Below, piece after piece: positions 37,982 to 44,612 of a stretch of DNA of 44,612 bases. A model generated the notes under the pieces. It ran no database searches and was not told the DNA's origin. It was given only the letters and a program-made list of their open reading frames with translations. The position numbers were made by a program, and so were the translations under genes. The DNA comes from Patescibacteria group bacterium (GTDB lineage: Bacteria > Patescibacteriota > Minisyncoccia > UBA6257 > JAKLIH01), in the NCBI GenBank assembly GCA_022705625.1, contig JAKJEE010000002.1:1-44612 (forward strand), in the 5' to 3' direction. How positions within the stretch are numbered: the stretch's first letter is position 1; each line of letters opens with the position of its first letter.

Positions 37982-39556
37982 TTAAACATTTTTATCTCTT
38001 AAATATTTATAGTTTTTTAAAACAAAGGCTATAGCTTCTTCTTTGGTCTTAATTGTGCCTTCCTGTTGTTTTTTAAAAACACTATTCAAAATAGTTTTAA
38101 AAAATGGACTTGATTTAAAACCAAGATTAATTAAATCGTTGCCTTGAATTAATTTTTCTAAATGTCCAGAAAAAACATCTAACTCAACTGCCATTTTGGT
38201 TAATTCTTTTATTTTTTCAAGATTTACAATATTTTGATCATTTAGTTGGCCACGTCCAGAATAGTCAGCTTCCATAACTAAAACTAATTCTTTAATAGTA
38301 GCTGGTTTAATAGCATTAGAAAGTTTTTTTACAAATTTTTCAGAAATTTTATCAACACCGATAAGAGCATCATGATATTTAACGAGTTGCAAAATGATTG
38401 GAATATTTTTTTTCGGAATATTTAATTTCTCTAAAAAAGTGATAGCAAGTGGAATTGACGCTTGGGTATGACCATAAGAAGTTATTTTTTCACCTTCGAT
38501 TTTAGTAGTGGTGGCCTTGCCAAAATCATGGCATAAAACACTTAATAAAATTATGATTTGGTGTTCTTTAGAAATTTTTTCTCGCTGGCAAATATTTTTG
38601 GCTTGGTCTAACGCTTGCAATGTATGCTCGAAAACATCACCTTCGGGATGATATTTTTTTCATTGGGCTAATCCGATTAAATTATATATTTCTGGATGAA
38701 GCTTTTCTAATATTTTTAACTCTTTAGCGACTCTTAACCCATAACTTGGTTGATCAGCTTGCAATAACATTTTAATTCATTCTTCGCCAATGCGAGAATT
38801 ACTAATATTTGATAAATCTATATTTTGACAAAGATTTTTGGTTTTTTCATCAACTCTAAATTTTAAAACCGCTGCAAATCTCATAGCTCTTAATACTCTT
38901 AGGGGATCATCGGCAAATTTCCGTGCATCAACACATCTTAAGGTTTTATTTAAAATATCGTTTACACCTCCTTGTGCATCAAGTATCTCTCCAGAAAATG
39001 GGTCAATAGCGATGGCATTACAGGTAAAATCACGACGTGATGAAGCTTCTTCAATTGATAAATTAGGAAAAAAAGAAGTAGCAAAATCTTTGTGCCCTAC
39101 ACCTTTTTTTGATTCTTTGCGCGGCAAAGCAATATCAATACCTGGTTCAAGTTTATAGACTCCAAAACTTTTGCCAACTAAACCTAAAGAATCGTCAGTA
39201 TTTTTAGTTAAAACTTCTTCAACTTGTTGAGGAGTAATATTAAATATTTCCAGATCAATATCTTTGAAAGAAATCTCTTTTTTAAGTCCGAACTTGTATA
39301 ATATCAAATCTCTAACAAAGCCACCAATTAAAACTGGCTGAGCTTTATGTTTTTTAAGCAATAAACAAATTTCAATGACTTTTTTAACAACCTCTCTTTC
39401 GGATGGATTTTTAATATTAGAAAAAATTTTAACTAAACTTTCCACTTTTTTTGAGACGTTTGGCAAATTTTTATTTTTTGCTTGTTTTTTTTCTTTTGCA
39501 TTAATCTTGTTGTTATTGACATCTTTTTGGTGGATTTGATTTTTTGGTTTTAGCAT
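37982..39556 (-). CDS. cca: CCA-adding enzyme / tRNA nucleotidyltransferase with an HD domain (524 aa). In-frame TGA at 38777 and 38660. It has a Lys/Asn-rich N-terminal extension.
   Basis: Motifs present: VLIGGFVRD, ..RRDFTCNA.. and W-KKYHPEGDVFEHT (HD). The join 38621-38779 was checked codon by codon. The ORF-track start at 39640 overlaps tRNA-Ala, so I use the ATG at 39554-39556. Confidence 0.88.
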
Positions 39557-39631
39557 ATTTATTTTTGAAAAACTATTATAATGCTTTAACTTATTTTTTA
39601 TATATCGCTGTCCCGATTTTATAAGACGGTG

Positions 39632-39702
39632 TGGAGACACGGAGAATTGAACTCCGAATTGGTCATTGCGAACGACCTGTTATACCGTTTAACTATGTCC
39701 CC
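39632..39702 (-). tRNA. tRNA-Ala (anticodon CGC) with the G3:U70 identity pair.
   Basis: Acceptor GGGGACA/TGTCTCC with G3-T70, anticodon loop TTCGCAA, T arm CGGAG-TTCAATT-CTCCG, discriminator A. Confidence 0.88.
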
Positions 39703-39892
39703 ATAAAATTGTGAATCCACGATTTATTTTAATTTTTTAATTTTACAATCATTCCACAGCTTTTTCATTTTTTTAATTTGCAGTTATCTTTTTTATAGTT
39801 AACGAATTAGTAACAAAAATCTAAAAATTAATAAATTGGACGTTTATCTATATTCCCTAACTATTCACTTTGTGATTATAGCAAAAAATTCA

Positions 39893-39938
39893 AAAAATAA
39901 AAATACCCCTATAATACCTTGATCGAGGATCATAGGGG
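39893..39938 (-). terminator. Intrinsic terminator of ORF 39958..40239.
   Basis: The stem CCCCTAT/ATAGGGG is followed by a long T-run on the minus strand. Confidence 0.65.
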
Positions 39939-39957
39939 TAATTGAATTGTCATTTTT

Positions 39958-40239
39958 TTATTTCCCTTCTTCAGCGGTGGTAATAACAACGGTGACTATA
40001 AATGCTCTAATTTCTTTATGGGTCTCAACTAATTTTTCGATGCATTTTAAATTGGTTTTATTACGGGCGACAATGTGGTAATTAACAATGGATTTACCGT
40101 GGTGAGAATTTCTAATTTTGCCGATCACAAACAACCAATCATAATAATCGATTGAGACAGTCGGCTTAACGGATAATTCTTGGACAAGATAACTAATAAC
40201 CTGTGACAACTCATTTAAATCAATTTGGGTGATAACCAT
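39958..40239 (-). CDS. Hypothetical 93-aa protein (cassette gene).
   Basis: A perfect AGGAGGTGA Shine-Dalgarno site is present. The only Trp codon is TGG. The stop is TAA. An extended -10 TGATATAAT lies upstream. Confidence 0.55.
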   Translation of the reverse strand: MVITQIDLNELSQVISYLVQELSVKPTVSIDYYDWLFVIGKIRNSHHGKSIVNYHIVARNKTNLKCIEKLVETHKEIRAFIVTVVITTAEEGK

Positions 40240-40399
40240 TTTTCACCTCCTTTTTTTATAATTTTCTAAGTATAATTATATCATACTTTTTATAAAAATA
40301 AAATGTTTACAAATAATGCGTTGCTAATAGAAAGTCGAAATTTCTAATTAGTAAATTCCACAGCGGTAACTAATATCTTTACAAAATTTTAAAAACCCC

Positions 40400-40460
40400 G
40401 ACGGTAACCATAAATGGTTACCGTCAATCAACCATCCCGATTTAAATCGGGATGGTTGAT
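40400..40460. repeat. Two adjacent perfect hairpins: GACGGTAACCA-taaa-TGGTTACCGTC and ATCAACCATCCCGA-tttaaa-TCGGGATGGTTGAT.
   Basis: The stems are 11-bp and 14-bp perfect stems, back to back. Confidence 0.85.
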
Positions 40461-40477
40461 ATAAATAGTTTATCACT

Positions 40478-40983
40478 ATGTCGCAAAATATTCAGAAACA
40501 AAAGTGCGTGACACTTTAAAGTATGTCGCAAAATAATGCGTGACAAGTGAAAATGTCACGCGCGTGACACTTTGACAGCGTTTTTTGACTTTTAAAATAT
40601 AAATAATAGCTTATTGAATTGTCACGCGCGTGACAATTCAATAAAAATCTCAATTTCCAACAACCAACACCCAAATAATAAATAAAAGATTGGATCAACC
40701 AATAGTAATTAGTAAATATAAAAATAATCAAAATGTCACGCGCGTGACAATTCGATAAAAATCTCAATATTAAATAATCAACATCCGAAGAATAAATATA
40801 AGGTTAAATTAGCAAATAACAGTAAATAAATATAATAAAAATAATCAAAATGTCACGCGCGTGACACTTTGACAGCGTTTTTTGACTTTTTAAATACAAA
40901 TAATAGATTATTGAATTGTCACACGCGTGACAATTAAAATGCCATGTCGCAAAATATTCAGAAACAAAAGTGCGTGACACTTT
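40478..40983. repeat. Iteron/operator-like array: five 16-bp palindromes TGTCACGCGCGTGACA plus half-sites, nested in ~88-bp direct repeats and bounded by 40-bp direct repeats.
   Basis: The palindromes lie at 40554-40569, 40620-40635, 40734-40749, 40851-40866 and 40917-40932 (the last with 1 mismatch). The direct repeats ATGTCGCAAAATATTCAGAAACAAAAGTGCGTGACACTT lie at 40478 and 40944. Confidence 0.9.
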
Positions 40984-41344
40984 TATAGTTTAAAAAGTTA
41001 GTCAATTTTCATTGCCAACTTTTTATTGTGCTATGGTTTAATTATTTTTAACCTCTCGCATTCGCCAATAAAAACATATCGGTCATTTACGATTACGAAC
41101 TCATATGTTTTTGTCCTGAGTGTAAATAAAATAATCAACACTTAATACAGAACCAAACTAAAGCATACCGGTCGCTCTGTAGGTTGGTAATCTTTGTTTA
41201 CTACTATAATTTACATCCATTGCTGACTCTAATAATTTAAATTTTCTACTACGATTACTATATATAGTAGAAAGCTTGTCAATATGTTAATTTTATAAAA
41301 TTTGTGATATAATAATTTTGGTATATCAAAATAATTATTTTAAT

Positions 41345-42334
41345 ATGAAAAATAAAATTCCAAAAGTTGTCGTTATCGGTGGTGGCACGGGGGTGTTCAA
41401 TACATTAATGTCATTAAAAAAATATCCGATTAATTTAACGGCCATTGTATCGATTGCTGATGATGGCGGTTCATCAGGTGTATTGCTTGAAGAATTTGGA
41501 ATTCTTCCACCGGGCGATATTCGAAGAGCGCTGGTAGCTCTAGCTCCTGACTCAGCAAAAATTTTAACTAAACTTTTTAACTATCGTTTTGAAAATGGAT
41601 CGGGGCTAAAGGGTCATAGCTTTGGTAATTTATTTTTAACAGCGCTGACCAGCATCACTAAAAATTTTAACAAAGCGGTTGACGATGCTGGAAAAATTTT
41701 GAATATTAAAGGAAGAGTGGTGCCAGTGTCATTGGATCAATGCCGGTTAATAGCAAAACTTAAATCAGGAATTTTTATTTTTGGAGAAACCAATATTGAT
41801 ATTCCTAAAAATAAAGAAAAAAATATTTTTATTGAAAAAATATTTTTAAATACTAAAGTGTTGGCCAATCCTGATGCCATAAAAGCAATCAAAAAAGCCG
41901 ATTATATTATTGTTGGCCCTGGTGATTTATACACTAGCATTGTCCCAAATTTTTTAGTAACTGGGATTAGAGAAGCATTCGAAAAATCAAAAGCCAAAAA
42001 AATTTATATTTGTAATATTGTTACTAAATTTTCAGAAACGAATGGATTTAAAGCTATTGATTTTTTGAATACGCTAGAAAAATATATTTATAAAAAATGT
42101 TTTGACTTTATGCTGGTCAATGACTTTAAGAAAATACCAAAACGATTAATAGACCTGTACAAGAAAGAGAAAAAATTGCCAGTTAAATTTAACATCCGTG
42201 AATTTAAAAATAATAAAAAATTAACAATTGTGGTGGATGATTTCGCTAGAAAAAATATTTTATTACGTCATGACCAAAAAAAACTTGGGGACGCAATCTG
42301 AAAGATTATAAATAACGATTATCGGTCAAGCTAA
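41345..42334 (+). CDS. YvcK/CofD-family gluconeogenesis-factor-like protein (329 aa). The former TGA stop at 42299 is read through for 10 further codons.
   Basis: The motif KVVVIGGGTG..SIADDGGSSG..PPGDIRRAL is present. The ATG at 41345 is preferred because the TTG at 41318 lies 7 nt from the -10 TGATATAAT (41303-41311). Confidence 0.85.
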
Positions 42335-42352
42335 CATTAAAGTTTTGTTGAC

Positions 42353-42381
42353 TTGACAAATATAATAAATAGGTGTATAAT
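42353..42381 (+). promoter_or_regulatory. Promoter TTGACA-17-TATAAT for the CAP-domain gene.
   Basis: The hexamers lie at 42353-42358 and 42376-42381. Confidence 0.6.
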
Positions 42382-42406
42382 ATTAGTAGATAATAAACTA
42401 ATAACT

Positions 42407-43483
42407 ATGCTAAAAATATTTAAAAAATATTTTACATTTAACTCAGCTAATAATTACCAGCCAATTCAAACCAAACAATTTATGGTTGGCATTTTTCTAT
42501 TAATTATGATTTTTAACACCAGCTGACAATGGCTTAATTGCTATTTACTAAAACAAAATAATCTAACTGCCAACCTTAACACTCTGAATATAATTACTGA
42601 AATAAATAAAATCCGCGGTGCTTATGGCCTAGCACCATTAATTGAAAATCCCAAACTTGATATTGCGGCATTACTCAAAGCTCAAGATATGATAAATAAC
42701 GATTATTTTAATCATTATAGTCCGACTGGCAAAACACCTTGAGATTGAATCAATAGCGCACAATATAATTATAAATATGCTGGAGAAAATTTAGCTCTTA
42801 ATTTTTTCGATGATCAAACAACCGTTCAGGCCTGGCTTAACTCGCCGACCCACAAAGCCAACATATTAAATCCAAATTATCAGGATACTGGCGTAGCGAT
42901 TTTAAGTGGCGTTACTCCCACAACCAAAGAATCACGAACAGTTGTAGTTCAAATGTTTGGTGCCGAAAAAACCACTTCAACACCAGTGTTAAAGGTTAGT
43001 GCCACTGAACCAATCAAACCAACTACCACCACTATTAAATCAACCACTACCACCTTGGTCACCACTACCACCTTACTAGCCACGACAACGACAAAAGAAA
43101 ATACGATGATGATAAACTCCACAATTAGTAATGATGATAAAAAGACAATTAACCAAGAAGACACCGCATTGGCTTTTAAAAATTTAGCCCCCGTTTTGAA
43201 TAAACAAGCAAATCGGACCAACGAAACCTTGGCACTGAATACACGATTGATTAATGAAGCGGTCAATCCAAAAATTACTAAGGCAATTAATAATAGTTTT
43301 GGTTTGGGTCTTTTATTTTTAGGAATTTTTGGTATAATTAATATAAACACTCAAGAAAATATTTCAAATCAGTTTAAGAAAAAATTGCTGATTCGAAATG
43401 CCATAGTATTAGTTATCAGTTTAGGATTTATTGTAAATAATTTAACTTCTATAGTTTATAAAGTCAAAATACCAACTATATAA
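42407..43483 (+). CDS. CAP/SCP (YkwD-like) domain protein with an N-terminal TM helix, a Thr-rich linker and C-terminal TM segments (358 aa). It has four in-frame TGA codons.
   Basis: The frame was checked from 42407 to 42955. The sequence IN..R...GL.PL..N..L..AA..KAQDM....YF.H.SP.G...W...AGENLA......W..SP.H..NIL fits the CAP pattern. Confidence 0.8.
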
Positions 43484-43495
43484 TAATTAAAAATT

Positions 43496-44251
43496 ATGAA
43501 TAACATTTGAATATTTTTAAAGCGCTCCTTTATTATTTTTTCAGTATGTTTCACAATACTGTTTATATTGTTTTCAATTAACGCTATTTACTCGATTGCA
43601 AAATATAAAATTAGTCATCTTAAACAAAATGTTTTATATAGTTTAAAACGGCCAATTACTTTTAATTTACAACCCGAAACGATAGGCAATAATAACAATT
43701 TCGGTATGATAGTAAATGATGTTTTAACCAATACCCAAAATGCCTTAGGTGTTAATCGACCAATTATTTTTAGAGAGCCATTGCCAGAATTACCAACGGA
43801 AGCATTGACCCAAGATTTGTTGGTATTGCCAAAATTTGATATTAAAGCCCCAATTTGAACGGTGACATCGGAAAACAAAAAAGAAATATATGCCAATTTA
43901 AAAAAAGGAGTGGTTATTTATCCGACCACCAGTTTACCTGGCGGGGAATATTCGATAATACTTGGCCATAGCTCAAGATACCCTTGAGAGCCGGGAAAAT
44001 ACAAAGCTGTATTTTCGCTGTTAAATGAATTAACTATTGGTGATCGTATTTATGTCTTCTGACGACAAAAAGCATTGGTATACGAAGTAGTAGATAAAAA
44101 AATCTTTCTACCTTATCCTAAAGGTGAAGAATATACGGAAAATATTTTTCCACCTAATAGCCAAGAAAAAACTTTAATTTTGCAAAGTTGTTGACCAGTC
44201 GGCGTTGATTATAAGCGAATTGCGGTTAAAACAAAATTAATCAATTGATAA
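43496..44251 (+). CDS. Sortase-family transpeptidase (251 aa), with several in-frame TGA. It ends W-stop (TGA TAA).
   Basis: The frame was checked. It has an N-terminal TM helix, the ILGHSS catalytic His region and TLILQSC-W-P (the TLxTC Cys motif). An Arg is present in ..YKRIAV. Confidence 0.85.
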
Positions 44252-44261
44252 AAATATTAAT

Positions 44262-44612
44262 ATGATGGATGAACATTGTATTTTTTGTAAAATTATTAAG
44301 GGAATTATTCCCTCAAAAAAATATTTTGAAAATGATAGTTTTTTAGCTTTTTTTGATATTAATCCAATTTCAAAAAACCATATCGTATTTATTTCAAAAA
44401 ACCATTATGAAAATTTAAATGAAATGCCCGATAGTGAATGACAGCAGTTTATAGTCGAAGGGAGAGTAATAGCTGAAAAATTAGTGAAAGAAATAAATGC
44501 TGATGGTTATAACTTGATGATCAACCAAGGAAGAGCCGCTGATTCAGTTGTTAATCATCGACCGCATATGCATATTATACCTAGATATTTTAATGACAAT
44601 TTAAAAATTGAC
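44262..44612 (+). CDS. HIT-family (histidine triad) protein. The C-terminal end runs off the window.
   Basis: The sequence CIFCKII.G.IPS..... and the histidine triad HRPHMHIIPR are present. One in-frame TGA gives SE-W-QQF. Confidence 0.85.

Noticed and set aside
40516-40767. 83-aa minus-strand ORF in the palindrome array.
   Set aside because: Its repeated CHARD motifs are simply the translated TGTCACGCGCGTGACA palindromes. It is an artefact of the repeats.
42949-43896. Minus-strand ORFs 42949..43350 and 43615..43896.
   Set aside because: They are antisense to the well-supported CAP-domain and sortase genes. The first is the reverse translation of the Thr-rich linker (a Val-rich artefact).
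1-44612. UGA=Gly (translation table 25), as in Gracilibacteria/Absconditabacteria, given the CPR-like gene content.
   Set aside because: The recoded positions align with invariant Trp in SMC, PPDK, ValRS, NadE and HisRS. Gly would be inconsistent with these families.
1-44612. The fragmented housekeeping genes in the ORF track could be pseudogenes of a decaying genome.
   Set aside because: All interruptions are TGA only and never TAA/TAG. They are always in frame and often fall at conserved Trp. Catalytic motifs are intact on both sides of the breaks.

Overview
This is an AT-rich bacterial chromosomal window. Core genes look roughly 25-35% GC by eye. It carries a compact, mostly minus-strand housekeeping set: recG, hisS, ppdK, smc, rnc, nusB, rpmF, hsp20, a PrsW-like protease, valS, tsaD, a CsaA-like tRNA-binding protein, tmk, nadD, nadE, an HrpA-like DEAH helicase, a CCA-adding enzyme, a yvcK-like gene, a CAP-domain protein, a sortase and a HIT protein. 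There are three tRNAs: Glu-UUC, His-GUG and Ala-CGC. The standard-code ORF track fragments almost every large gene. All of those breaks are same-frame TGA codons, and many sit on invariant Trp positions, so the window is decoded with UGA=Trp (table 4), not UGA=stop and not UGA=Gly (table 25). I re-joined the fragments under that rule. Core genes lack Shine-Dalgarno sites. The gene content (sortase, PrsW, DUF3298 and CAP wall-associated proteins, short SMC and ValRS) looks like a reduced uncultivated lineage (Patescibacteria/CPR-like) rather than a Mollicute; that placement is inference. The most unusual signal is at least five short GC-richer cassettes wedged between core genes, at about 4.95-6.3 kb, 9.1-9.8 kb, 18.3-19.2 kb, 34.7-38.0 kb and 39.9-41.3 kb. 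Their small ORFs have strong Shine-Dalgarno sites, use only TGG for Trp and never contain internal TGA. Three of them end in TGA directly followed by an intrinsic terminator, so they look written in the standard code inside a UGA=Trp host. Other notable items: (1) an in-frame PD-(D/E)XK (GxxExxY-type) domain inserted into recG and bounded by inverted repeats; (2) a repeat family with core GTTAGTGTGGGGG, comprising a 4 x 94-bp tandem array, four 96-99-nt hairpin elements (three exactly 99 nt) and short hairpins, in two clusters, one around tRNA-Glu; (3) two tandem ~127-nt structured RNA modules with compensatory changes behind a consensus promoter; (4) a ~500-bp array of TGTCACGCGCGTGACA palindromes; (5) a 1335-aa HrpA-like helicase translationally coupled to a 171-aa unknown protein; (6) an 800-aa Cys-repeat surface protein. 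No rRNA, CRISPR array or recognisable transposase or integrase gene was seen.
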